The notes beneath the pieces are model-generated. The model was not told the origin of the DNA. It saw only the letters and a list, made by a program, of their open reading frames with translations, and searched no databases. Positions 1-10,709 of a stretch of 64,000 nt of DNA are shown one piece after another. The translations under genes were made by a program, and so were the position numbers. Source of the stretch: an uncultured Phycisphaerales bacterium (lineage in GTDB: Bacteria; Planctomycetota; Phycisphaerae; Sedimentisphaerales; Anaerobacaceae); assembly GCA_963772725.1 (NCBI GenBank), contig CAVYYI010000001.1, forward strand, positions 896,001 to 960,000, given 5' to 3'. How positions within the stretch are numbered: position 1 is the first letter of the stretch; every line of letters starts with the position of its first letter.

Positions 1-1153
1 CACGACGGTGTGCCCAAATATACGCGTAAAGCGGCATGGAACACGCTGGCAATTAAGCGAGCCGAATCTGTCGGAAAAGGAAAATTACAATGAGGATTTG
101 CTGCGGATTCTTTCTTCGTATAACGTCGCAAGCAAAGAATGGGTGATTCGCCAGTACGACCACGAGGTTCAGGGCGGTTCGGTGATTAAACCGCTGACGG
201 GCGTAACAAATGACGGCCCCAGCGATGCGGCGGTGATAAAGCCGAAGTACAACTCAGATAAAGGTGTCGCGATAAGCTGCGGGATGAACCCACTGTACGG
301 CGACATCGACCCGTATTGGATGGCGATAGCCGGTATAGACGAGGCGGTTAGGAACCTGATTTGCGTTGGTGCGCGTTTCGACAGAATCGCGGTGCTGGAC
401 AATTTCTGCTGGGGCGACTGCAAAAAACCCGAGACTCTCGGCTCACTCGTTCGTGCGGCACAGGCGTGCTACGATGGGGCAATAGCATTCGGGACACCTT
501 TCATTTCTGGCAAGGACTCGCTGAATAATGAATTTGCCTGCGAGGACGGCACACAAATAGCAATACCGGCAACACTTTTAATAAGCGCGCTGTCGCTCGT
601 TGATAACATAAATAAATGCGTAACGATGGATGCCAAAGAAAGCGGAAACCTGCTGTTCATCGTGGGGCAAACCCGAAACGAGCTTGGCGGTTCACATTAC
701 TATAAGATTCAAGGCAAAATCGGAGCTAACGTCCCGAAAGTCGATCTGGAAAAGGCTCCGAAAATCGCACGGAAGATTTCTGAGGCGATACAAAAAGGAA
801 TTGTTGCGAGCTGCCATGATTGTTCAGAGGGCGGTGTTGCGACTGCCTTGGCGGAGATGGCGTTTGCGGGCGGACTGGGTATAGAGGCAGATCTTCGCGG
901 CCTGCCCAAAAGCGGTGATTGTATGCGAGCCGATGCGCAGTTGTTCAGCGAATCGACAAGCCGTTATATTGTTGAGGTTGCACCTGACAATTACAATGCT
1001 TTTGCCAAGCTGATGCTGAATATGCCGTTCGGTCAAATCGGCAGAGTTACGGAGCAGAAAAAGCTCGTGATAAAAGCACAAAACGGAAAGGCCGTTGTAA
1101 ATCTGGATTTGGATTTGCTCAAGCAGGCATGGCAGAAAGCGTTTAATTGGTAA
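1..1153 (+). CDS. purL: Phosphoribosylformylglycinamidine synthase subunit PurL, C-terminal part (5' truncated by window edge; probable frameshift near nt 45-55)
   Basis: Motifs SKEWVIRQYDHEVQG, DNFCWG, PFISGKDSLNNEF, SCHDCSEGG, LFSES; directly upstream of purQ. Confidence 0.95.
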   Translation, partial: TTVCPNIRVKRHGTRWQLSEPNLSEKENYNEDLLRILSSYNVASKEWVIRQYDHEVQGGSVIKPLTGVTNDGPSDAAVIKPKYNSDKGVAISCGMNPLYGDIDPYWMAIAGIDEAVRNLICVGARFDRIAVLDNFCWGDCKKPETLGSLVRAAQACYDGAIAFGTPFISGKDSLNNEFACEDGTQIAIPATLLISALSLVDNINKCVTMDAKESGNLLFIVGQTRNELGGSHYYKIQGKIGANVPKVDLEKAPKIARKISEAIQKGIVASCHDCSEGGVATALAEMAFAGGLGIEADLRGLPKSGDCMRADAQLFSESTSRYIVEVAPDNYNAFAKLMLNMPFGQIGRVTEQKKLVIKAQNGKAVVNLDLDLLKQAWQKAFNW

Positions 1154-1189
1154 TTTTAAAAAAACAAGATACCTTAAGGATAGAAATAG

Positions 1190-1972
1190 ATGCAAGTTAA
1201 AGCAATAGTATTAAGGGCAGCAGGAATTAACTGCGATATGGAAACACAATTTGCTCTCGAAGCGGCAGGTGCGACGGCTCAGAGAGTTCATATAAACACA
1301 CTTATAGACAACTCCGCCTTACTCGATGAATATCATATCCTCGTTTTTCCGGGCGGGTTCAGTTACGGCGACGACGTGGCGGCGGGAAAGATTCTCGCCA
1401 ACCAGGTTGCACATCATCTTTATGAGCCTATCAGAAAATTTATCGACGCGGGCAAACTCGTTTTGGGTATCTGCAACGGCTTTCAAGTTATCGTTAAGGC
1501 AGGCTTTCTGCCGGCGGAAGATTCCGCAAAACGTCAAGAGACTGTGACCATTACCAATAATGACTGCGGGAAATTCGAAGACCGCTGGGTGTACTTGACA
1601 CCTCAAACCGACAAATGCGTTTTCATCGAGCCAGGCAGGCAGATATATCTGCCGATAGCGCACGGTGAAGGTAAGGTCGTTACCAAAGATATCGCAACTC
1701 TTGAAAAACTCAGGACGGGCGGCCATATCGCATTTAAATATGTTGACGAAAATGGCAATGAAGGCGGATTTCCGGTCAATCCCAACGGTTCGGTAGATTC
1801 CATCGCGGGGTTGACGGACAAGACCGGCAGGGTTCTCGGCCTGATGCCTCACCCGGAAAGATTTGTCAGGCCGACACAGCACCCCCGCTGGTCAAGGCCA
1901 AAAACAAAACCTGACGCCGATGGTATGACCATCTTCAACAACGCCGTAAAATACTGCACGGAAAATCTTTAA
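1190..1972 (+). CDS. purQ: FGAM synthase glutaminase subunit PurQ
   Basis: GINCD, PGGFSYGD, LGICNGFQ, AHGEG, NPNGS, GLMPHPER motifs. Confidence 0.97.
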   Translation: MQVKAIVLRAAGINCDMETQFALEAAGATAQRVHINTLIDNSALLDEYHILVFPGGFSYGDDVAAGKILANQVAHHLYEPIRKFIDAGKLVLGICNGFQVIVKAGFLPAEDSAKRQETVTITNNDCGKFEDRWVYLTPQTDKCVFIEPGRQIYLPIAHGEGKVVTKDIATLEKLRTGGHIAFKYVDENGNEGGFPVNPNGSVDSIAGLTDKTGRVLGLMPHPERFVRPTQHPRWSRPKTKPDADGMTIFNNAVKYCTENL

Positions 1973-2194
1973 AACGCATTTCACTGCTGAGAAACTATGA
2001 AAGCCAGGTCTCGCAGTAGAAAGATTAATTTGTGGGGGGCATTTTTACCCACAGCCTTTGGGACGATAATAAAATTTAACAGATAGGCTGATAATCATTT
2101 TACAATTCTCATTGAGAACATGCCATGTAACGGATACAATCTGGGCAAATAAAAATTTAATGACGGCCAAGTATGCAATAAAGGGTATAGCCTA

Positions 2195-3474
2195 TTGACG
2201 GATATTTATAAAACTACTGGTGGTGAGATGTCGCTGAGGGAGCGGATTCGCAGGGCGCGGGCGAAATTTGCGGCGATGGCGGGGACTTATTTTGTCGGCG
2301 TATTTAATGATAATTTTTTTAAGCAGGCGGCGCTTCTTATGGCGGTCGCGGCAGGGAAAACGGAGATACAGGGATACGCGACGATAATATTTACTTTGCC
2401 GTTATATTGTTGGCGGCGCAGGCGGGATGGTGCGCGGACAGATTTTCAAAGCGTTCGGTGGTTATCGCGGCGAAAATACTTGAACTTGTGGCGATGATTT
2501 TCGGGGCGATGGGGGTTATTTACGGCAACTGGATTTTGATATTGTGATGCTCGGCATAGAGGGGATTCAGGCGGCGATATTCAGCCCGGCATTGAACGGC
2601 TCGATTCCTGAACTCTATCCGGCCGAGTATGTTATTACAGCCAACGCCATAATAAAAATGATAAGTACGGCGGCGATCCTTGGCGGGCATAGCGGCGGCG
2701 GGATTTGTGCTGGATATAAAAGGCGGCATTGGGGATATGCCGTTTAACCGGATAGCGGTGTCAGGGATTGTCATAGGTATATCGCTTGTCGGTGTGCTGA
2801 TGAGTTTTGGCGTGGCGCAGATTTCCCGCGGCGTCACCTAAGTGCAAAATTCCCGTGGAGGGGCCGGTTGAAACATTAAAGATTCTTTATGCGACACGGC
2901 TTGATTCGCTGCTGGCGATTGCGATAGCGGCCAACACTTTTTTCTGGTTCATCGGTTCGCTTGAGGTGCTGGTGATTAATCAGTATGGGTTTCACAGTTA
3001 CGATTGAGTAATTCGATGACGAGTCTGTTAGCGGTCGCGGAAATGGTGGGCATCGCGGCTGGGGGATTGTTGAGCGTGTATCTTGACGAAAAAGATAAAA
3101 TGGTATCGGCTGCTTGGGCCAGCGGGTTTGTAATGGCGGCGTGTATGATGATTCTGGCGGCGGTGCCATATCTTAATGATTCCGTAAAATTGATATGTCT
3201 TTTTGCCGCACTTGTTTTGATGGGGATGGCGGGCGGCGTGTATGTGATTCCGCTTGAGGCGTTTATACAGGTTCGGCCTGCGGCGGACCGCAAAGGGGCG
3301 ACGATTGCAGCGGCGAATTTTGCGGCCTTTAGCGGGATTTTGCTTTCAGGGCCGACATTGAATCTTTTCGACAGTTTGGCGATCAAGCCAAGTAATGATT
3401 TTGCGATTATGGGTGTGATGACGCTGGCGATGGCCGGGTTTCTTTTTCTGCGAAAGAGAACAACAAATGATTGA
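2195..3474 (+). CDS. MFS transporter, LplT/Aas-associated lysophospholipid transporter-like (several frameshifts)
   Basis: Fragments in different frames give GVFNDNFFKQ, QAAIFSPALNGSIPELY, NTFFWFIGSL, GGVYVIPLEAFIQ; hydrophobic; adjacent to an aas-like gene. Confidence 0.8.
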
Positions 3475-6099
3475 TCTTTTACTGACAGACGATAGTTAAA
3501 TGGATGCTTGCTGCGGTACCGCGTGCGGCTTGTCGGCATGGAGAAAATTGCGGCCAAAGGGAGAAAAGGGATTTTGTTTTTTCCCAATCATCCTGCGCTG
3601 ATCGACCCGGTGATTTTCTATGCTTATCTGCATCCTGTGTTTACTCCTCACGCCATCGGCGACCGGGACCAGGTTGAGCAGGTTTTTGATTCGCTGGTTT
3701 GCAAAGCGGCTTGGTGTGCGGACTATCGGCTCAATGGCAACTTACGGCTCGGCGGTCAGAAATGGAATAGAGCGGGTGCTCGATGAAAGTGTCGAAGGGA
3801 CTTAAGGAGGGCGAAAATCTTATGCTGTGGCCTGCCGGGCAGGTATATCGGAGCGATCTTGAAATCTCGGCGGCAACAGTTCCGTCGAACGGATTTTGCG
3901 GCAGTGTCCCGATGTGCGTGTGGTGCTGATACGGACGAGAGGTTTATGGGGCAGCAGTTTCGGCTGGGCGTCAGGGAATTCGCCGAAGGTGGGAAAGGTT
4001 TTGCGGAAAGGGATTTTAACGCTTTTGGCCAAGCGGCATATTTTTTTCACCGCGGCGCGAGATTACGATTGAGTTTTATGAGCCTGCGGATTTGCCGCGG
4101 CGAAGCCGACCGCAATACGCTCAACCGTTTTCTCGAAGCATATTATAATGAAAATGCACCGCAGGCGTCCGCATATGCCGTATACGATATGGGAGCGAGG
4201 CGGCGAAAGGACAATTGCCAGAGCCGGCTTTGCCAAAATTCGCAGGCGATGAGACGGCCGTGCCTGCCGCAACACGCAAGATGGTGCTGGATTATATCTC
4301 CAAACTTTCCGGCGTTTCAAATCCTAAGGACAGCGACCATCTTGCCCGCGACCTGGGTATGGACAGCCTTGCGCGAACGGATGTGATGCTGTGGCTTGAA
4401 AAAGAATTTGGTTTTCCGCAGGCCGACTGCAGATGCGATGCAAACGGTCGGCGATGCGATGCTGGCGGCATGCGGGCAGTTTGTCTATTCAAAGCCGGTG
4501 GAGTTAAAGCCTGTTGCGAAACAATGGTTTGCCGGTGAAGATAAAGAGAAAATTACCATGCCGGCAGGTAATACCATAACTGAAATATTTCTTGAGCAGG
4601 CGGCGAAGAATCCGTCGAAGATTATCATCGCCGACCAGGCGAGCGGGGCAAAATCGTTTCGCGATATTATCACGGCGTGTCTGGTGTTAAAGCCTTTTAT
4701 TGAAAAGCTCGACGGCGAGTGTGTTGGCATAATGCTGCCGCCGTCGGTGGGGGCGGATGATTACATATCTGGCGACACTGTTTGCGGGCAAAACGCCCGT
4801 GATGGTCAACTGGACGCTGGGGCAAAAAAATATTGTCGAATCGCTCAATTCGGTCGAGAGTGCAGAAGCGTGCTTACGTCCGAGGTGCTTGTAAAAAAAC
4901 TGGCTTCGCAGGGCAATGAACTTTCAGCGATGAAAAGCGATTTGTGTTTCTGGAATCGCTGGGGCAGTCGATATCGAAATTCGATGAAATTACGAGCATG
5001 GCTTGGGGGCTATTTGTCGTGGGCGGCTGTTATACAAGGCAAAAGTTTCGCGAATGGCGGCTATTCTTTTTACCAGCGGCTCGGAGACAGTGCCAAAGGC
5101 CGTGCCGCTTACTCACAACAATATACTTACCAATTTGCAGGATGTGCTGCGCGTAATAACGGTGCGTGAAAATGACCGGCTGATAGGGTTTTTGCCGCCA
5201 TTTCATTCGTTCGGGCTTACATGCACGATGATTGTGCCGATTTGCGGTGCGGTGCCGACGGTGTATCATCCTAATCCGATGGAAGCGGGATTTATGGCTC
5301 GGATGATTGAGGCGTATCGCGTAACAATGCTTATCGGCACACCGACGTTTGTCGGTGGAATTATGCGGGCAGCGGGAGAAGCAGCAGCTTTCTTCGCTTC
5401 GGCTTGCTGTTACCGGGGCGGAAAAATGCTCTGAAAAAATTTATACCGCACTAAAAGAAAAATGTGCCAACGCGGTTATTCTCGAAGGTTATGGCGTCAC
5501 GGAATGTTCACCGATAATATCCCTCAACGATGAAAATAATCCGAGACCTTTTACTATCGGCAAGGTGCTGCCGTCGCTGCGAATATCTACTTACAGACCC
5601 TGAGAGCGGCAAAGTAGTTATCCCCCCTGCCGCTGGGATATTGCATGTTAGAGGGCCGAGTGTTTTTGAGGGCTATCTTAATTACAATGGGCAATCTCCG
5701 TTTGTTGAGATAGAGGGCAAAAAATGGTACAGGACGGGCGACCTTGTAAGTGTCGATGAAGAAGGTGTTTTTACTTTTCACGGAAGGCTCAAGCGATTTG
5801 TAAAACTCGGCGGCGAAATGATTTCGCTGCCTGCAATTGAAGCGGTTCTTGAAAAATATCTGGCTGAGGAAAAGGATGAAGGCCCTGTTCTGGCTGTTGA
5901 GGCGACAGGCGGTGAACAGCCTGAACTTGTGCTTTTTACCATCCGTGACATCGACCGCGAAACGGTCAATCGTTATATCCGCGAGTCTGGCCTGTCCGGC
6001 CTGCATAATATCCGCAGAGTAATCAAGCTTGAAGGAATTCCGACGCTTGGAACAGGTAAAACTGATTACAGAGCGTTAAAGGCAATTCTGGCGAAATAA
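3467..6099 (+). CDS. Aas-like acyltransferase / acyl carrier domain / AMP-dependent acyl ligase fusion (many frameshifts)
   Basis: NHPALIDP (HX4D acyltransferase); DLGMDSL (phosphopantetheine site); FTSGSETVPK, EGYGVTE, WYRTGD, RLKRFVKLGGE, GTGKTDY adenylation motifs; ATG at 3467 overlaps the end of the MFS gene. Confidence 0.8.
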
Positions 6100-6107
6100 T
6101 TGTCAAC

Positions 6108-6944
6108 CTATCGCCTTGTTTTGACCCAGGTTTTATAATCTGGGACATAATATGGGGAATTATCTTTGCCGATAGAGCCAATGTTCAGTTTTGGCGATGT
6201 ATATTCGCCGTCTTCCAAATCTTTCAATGCGCAATGGCCGTCCGCAAAAACTACGTTTGCTCTATTGTTATGGCGAAAAGAGGTGGTAGGTGATATATTT
6301 TTAGTCCAATACAAACAGCTTGGTGCTAATATATAAGGCGGGTCTAGTAAGGCGATGTTGGTCAATATCGGATTACTGCCGCTAGTATCCCAATCCATCA
6401 TAGTATCGGCGAAAACAATCAGCGTGCCGGGGCCGGAGATGGCAGTTACTTTTTTCCAGGGCAGTTGTTTCAATTCCATCCAACCGCTGGCGGGTGGGCA
6501 AAGATAGTAGCCGTTATAGCCGTAAGTGCTTGTAATCCATTTTGGGTTATCTGGAGCATTGGCGGGTCTGCCCTGAAGTTTATAATTACCATAAGGCTGC
6601 ATTGGACATTCATAAACGCTATGTTTTTTAAGTTCGCTCTTGAGATATGGCCAGACAAAACCCCTTGTGTGGTCGATGCCGTCAGAGAGTTTTTGCCCCC
6701 ACCAGTATACGCCGTTTGAGCCACACACGGTAGGCATAGTGTAATCATCATTATCCATCGCGTAGCAGTTAAACGCGAAATAAAGCTGCCTTAAGTTGCT
6801 CATGCACTCCATCGACTTGGCCTGCACTTTGGCACGAGTCAGCGATGGAAGCATAACAGACATAAGAAGAGCTATTATGCCTATAACAACGAGCAGCTCA
6901 ATCAAAGTAAAGGCTTTACAATTTTTACGATTTTCCAATTTCAT
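6108..6944 (-). CDS. Prepilin-type N-terminal cleavage/methylation protein with C-terminal H-X9-DG motif (DUF1559-like)
   Basis: KAFTLIELLVVIGIIALL N-terminus; C..NLRQL; TYGYNG; RHNNRANVVFADGH. Confidence 0.92.
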   Translation of the reverse strand: MKLENRKNCKAFTLIELLVVIGIIALLMSVMLPSLTRAKVQAKSMECMSNLRQLYFAFNCYAMDNDDYTMPTVCGSNGVYWWGQKLSDGIDHTRGFVWPYLKSELKKHSVYECPMQPYGNYKLQGRPANAPDNPKWITSTYGYNGYYLCPPASGWMELKQLPWKKVTAISGPGTLIVFADTMMDWDTSGSNPILTNIALLDPPYILAPSCLYWTKNISPTTSFRHNNRANVVFADGHCALKDLEDGEYTSPKLNIGSIGKDNSPYYVPDYKTWVKTRR

Positions 6945-6954
6945 ACCATTACAC

Positions 6955-8503
6955 TTAATTCAATTGTTTTTGCCATTGCTCCGCGAGCAGCGCTAAATCA
7001 GCAAAATCGACTTTGCCATCAACGTTTAGGTCGCATCGTTGGGTGCCTATTGGTTTATTTGCAAGCCATTTGCTGGAAAATTCCGCCAGGTCAGCGGTAT
7101 TGATGGCTTTATCACCGTTTACGTCACCCAGTAATGCCTGCTTATAAAATTTAAATAAACCGCCGGAACCTAAGGTGTAAATACTGTCATAAGTTACGGC
7201 GGGGCTGTTTCCGCATTGGGCGTCATTATAATGAGCGATAATAAAATCAGGATTGTTCGGCTCAAGTGAGACATCGATGATGTAAAGTTCTGAATATCCG
7301 CCGAAATAGTTTCCGCCAAGCGTAATTGCACAACATATAATTTGCCGTTGGCATAGACGGGCTGATTAGTCCAGCCGCCCAAATCCATACCTGCGGGCGT
7401 TTCCCAAAGTTTGACGGCTGAATCGCCGAGGTCATGATAGGCCTGTACTTTTGGTCTTCAACCCAGCCGTCAATGCCTGCGCTGACATAAATTTTATCAC
7501 CTACGACAACAGGTATTGAGTCTGTGCGTTCGACCGGTGTTGTCCAGACAATGCGGCCGTCATTGCAGTCGATTTTACACAGCAATGAATTGTCCTGATT
7601 GGCGTCGGCCCAGTCGTAGCCCGCGGCGTATAAAAAGCCGTTATCAGCGACATTTACACCGCCGGAAAAACCGTCGAAATTTGGGTCTGAGGCCTGCCAG
7701 AGTTTTACGGGTTCGGCTGCGCTTGCGCGATAGGCGTATATTGTGGGATAATAGTTTTCTGTATCTGCCGCTGAGGCGACATAAACGACGTCATTTTTAT
7801 AAGCTGGGGAATCGCCGCTGGTGGTGCCTATAGTGGCGGACCAGACAATTTGGCCTGGTTCATAAGGATTGCCGGATTCGTTGGGGTCGAGGTTGACGCA
7901 GTATATTTTGCCGGAACTGCCGAAACCGTCGTAATCTGTAATAAAGGCTCTGGCGTGCGGAATATCAATCGCGATACATGGGGAGGCGTTTATTACGTAG
8001 GTATCAAGCAGAGTCGCCCATTTTGCTGTGCCGGTTTGCGCGTTGAGAGCATAGAGTTTCATTCCAGAGCCGATTAGAATGGTATTGTGTTTTGCGTCAA
8101 TGCAGGGACTTGAAATTGAATCCCACTGGGCGGGGTCGATAAGTGCAGACCATAAATTCAGGCCGGAGTTGGCATCATAAGCCATAATCTGGCTGTTGGT
8201 GTAATCATAACCGGTCGGCGACTTTTCATTGGGCTCAAAATACTTGGCATAGGCATAGACTCTGTCGTTATAAACCACCGGTGCCGTGGCACTTTCAAAA
8301 ACTATGCCATAACCTGGCCAACAGGGGTCTTCCCACGCGTTCCATTTAAGCGTTCCGGAGTTTATAGTATTCGGGCCGTCAATCGCGATGGAATTGCGGG
8401 CCGGGCCGTTTCCCAGATGTGTCCAATCCTGCGGCGAGACAGCATTCGCGATGCAGGCACCCGCCAATAATACAACCAGATTCATCACCATTCTTGAAGC
8501 CAT
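6955..8503 (-). CDS. Secreted PQQ-like (BamB-type) beta-propeller repeat protein with C-terminal dockerin-like repeats (frameshifted near 7260-7440)
   Basis: Signal peptide; repeats AYDANSGLNLW, YALNAQTGTAKW, KIDCNDGRIVW; the 3' end read manually gives LLGDVNGDKAINTADL...CDLNVDGKVDFADLALLAEQW, stop at 6955. Confidence 0.8.
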
Positions 8504-8543
8504 TTTTTCTCCTATATTTTTTCCAAAATTTTAATCAGCCAAT

Positions 8544-8578
8544 AAAAAAACCGCCGTTCCCACGAATGAGAACGGCGG
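8544..8578 (-). terminator. Intrinsic terminator (expression platform of the cobalamin riboswitch)
   Basis: Stem ccgccgttc(8551-8559)/gaacggcgg(8570-8578) followed on the minus strand by T7; lies between the aptamer and the ATG at 8503. Confidence 0.85.
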
Positions 8579-8691
8579 CTTTAAGCGACTAATCTTAAAA
8601 TCCCGGACGACCTTCCTGAAATCAGTAAGAAGAGCCTGTGCGGGCCACACCATGTTCCTACTCGCGAGAACACTTGTTATGGAACCGACCA

Positions 8692-8878
8692 CAGGCAGGT
8701 TTTCTGACTCGCGTCTTACCTTAAGGCCCCTTCCCATTCGTCAAAGACGAACAGTGGATAAAATGCCTAAGGACTTCCGAATTGACATTCGGAGCAGACG
8801 CTCACAGCGGCGCGACCGTGCGGATTTAAACCGCTTCCCGTTTTGCTATTCCGAAGAGAAATTCCCCGGAACCTGCAG
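8692..8878 (-). promoter_or_regulatory. Cobalamin (B12) riboswitch
   Basis: Minus strand reads gcaggtt...aaacGGGAAgcggtttAAATCCGcacggtcgcGCCGCTGTGA...CCACTG...TGGGAAGG...GAGTCAGAAAACCTGCC (B12 box); P1 gcaggt/acctgc. Confidence 0.93.
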
Positions 8879-8962
8879 CCAGATATTAATTTTTAAAAGA
8901 GCAAAGTTATAACCCTATTACCAGACCCGATAAACTTATGCAAGAAAAAAAATATAATTAGC

Positions 8963-10475
8963 GTAATGGGTCAGTTATGGGTGGGAGATATTGATTTTGC
9001 TGTAAGTATTAAGGTCGTCAAGTTTATGGCGTAGGATTTCCGATAAAATCCACAGTTTGATGAGATAAGACAAACAAATCGGAAATAAACGCAGATGATT
9101 TACTGTCAGCAATGCCTTGAAAAACAACGTAAAATCGATGAGCTTCAGGAACAGATAGTTTCACTCAAGGCAAAATTACGACACAAGGAAAGGACAGCCC
9201 AAGAAGGTTTTTTCGGCTCATCCACGCCATCCGCTAAAATTCCCATTAAGCCGAATTGTCAGATAGAACACACAAATAATTGCGGCGGAGGCAGAACCGG
9301 TGTCTGTGAAAAAGATGCGGACTATGTGCAAAGGGTTGAGGCAGCCGATATATGCCCTGATTGCGGAAGCATTTTGGAGAACAAAGGCACAAGACAACGA
9401 GCGGTAATTGATTGCCAGCCTGTTAAGATAAAAAAGCTTCTGTATAATTTGGAACGCAAGTATTGTCCGCGATGCCAAAAGGTAGTTGCCGCCAAACCTC
9501 CTGGTGTTCTGCCAAAGTGTTTATATTCGAATAATCTGCTTGTCTATGTGGCAGTACAGCACTATATCTATGGCAATACACTGGGTCAGATAGAAAAACA
9601 AACAGGCATCGGCTACAGCAGTATAGTTGACGCTTTGCACCAGTTGGCAGGGATATTGAAAGATGTTCCCGAAATCACTCATAGAAGACTATCGCAAGGC
9701 CGCTGTTAAGCACGCTGATGAGACTGGTTGGCGGACAGACGGCCAGAACGGTTTCTCGTGGCTGTTTTGCACGCCTGATATTAGTATCTTTCGATTCCGC
9801 TCCAGCCGTTCTGCCCGTGTAGCCAAAGAGGTTTTTGGCGAAAAGCCCTTGCCGGGTGTTCTGGTTGTGGATCGCTATAACGGCTACAATAGGATGCCTT
9901 GTAAGATTCAATATTGTTATGCACATCTATTGCGTAATGTTAAGGATTTGGAAAAAGATTTTCCCGAAAACATGGAAATCAGGTCTTTCGTTGAAGCGTT
10001 GGTCTCCCAGTTGGCTAATGCAATCAGCCTTCGCACATTAGATATAACAGACCGACAGTTTAAGCGGCAGGCGGCTAAAATTAAGAGAGCCATCATCGAT
10101 ATTGTTAATCACCATGCCAACCATCCGGCCATCCAGAATATGCAGGATATTTTTCGTGAAAAGGCCGATAGGCTTTACCACTGGGCCGATGACCGTAAGG
10201 TACCGGCAGATAACAATTTGGCTGAACGGGAACTGCGTCCGCTTGTTATTGCCAGAAAGATAAGTTTCGGCTCTCAATCTGAAGATGGGGCAAAAACGCG
10301 TGAGATTCTTATGACGGTATTACATACTATGCGAAAAAGATGTCCGGATGTTGTTGATGCCTTCAAGTCTGCCCTCGACAAACTTGCCGAACAGCCTGAT
10401 ATAGACCTTTCCAAAGTTCTCCTCCGTCCAGACTCATCATAACATGCACCTGCCCACCCATAACTGACCCATTAC
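8963..10475 (+). mobile_element. IS66-family insertion sequence (single-ORF, ISBst12-like), 1513 bp
   Basis: Perfect 23-bp terminal IR GTAATGGGTCAGTTATGGGTGGG (8963-8985 / 10453-10475); 8-bp target duplication TAATTAGC (8955-8962 / 10476-10483). Confidence 0.95.
9095..10442 (+). CDS. IS66-family DDE transposase (frameshift near 9670)
   Basis: Coiled-coil N-terminus, CPDC/CPRC zinc finger, HADETGW, VVDRYNGY, QYCYAHLLR, DNNLAERELRPLVIARKISFGSQS. Confidence 0.93.
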
Positions 10476-10483
10476 TAATTAGC

Positions 10484-10594
10484 AAAAAAAAAGCCAAATT
10501 CCATAAAAGAAACTTGGCTTCGGAGGAGGGTGATGAACAACTTTAAGGGGGGATTTTAAGCCCCCCCCGCTTTTCAGCACCCGCATCAAATTCG
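10484..10594 (-). ncRNA. Candidate small RNA (promoter, GC hairpin, CCCUCCUCC motif, intrinsic terminator)
   Basis: Minus-strand TTGTGT-N16-TATTAT (10628-10601); hairpin gggggg-cttaaaat-cccccc; caccctcctcc; terminator aagccaa...ttggc + T run; no ORF. Confidence 0.4.
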
Positions 10595-10709
10595 ACATCA
10601 ATAATATCCTCTGCTCAAAACGACACAATAAGGATAAACCTTAATTTCAGTTTCCAAATACCTTATAAATCCGCCGCCAGGACAATATAGAAATAATCAA
10701 TAGTTGCCT

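Noticed and set aside
2195..6099. Heavily fragmented MFS and aas genes as pseudogenes or programmed frameshifts
   Set aside because: Similar 1-nt shifts also break conserved genes (purL, plsX, uvrC, pilT) while their motifs stay intact, so sequencing indels are more likely
8531..8912. Tracked ORFs 8531-8737 and 8652-8912
   Set aside because: They overlap the riboswitch and terminator and have no protein-like features
9660..9680. Programmed frameshift in the IS66 transposase
   Set aside because: No clear slippery heptamer; the break lies mid-domain and fits the window-wide indel pattern
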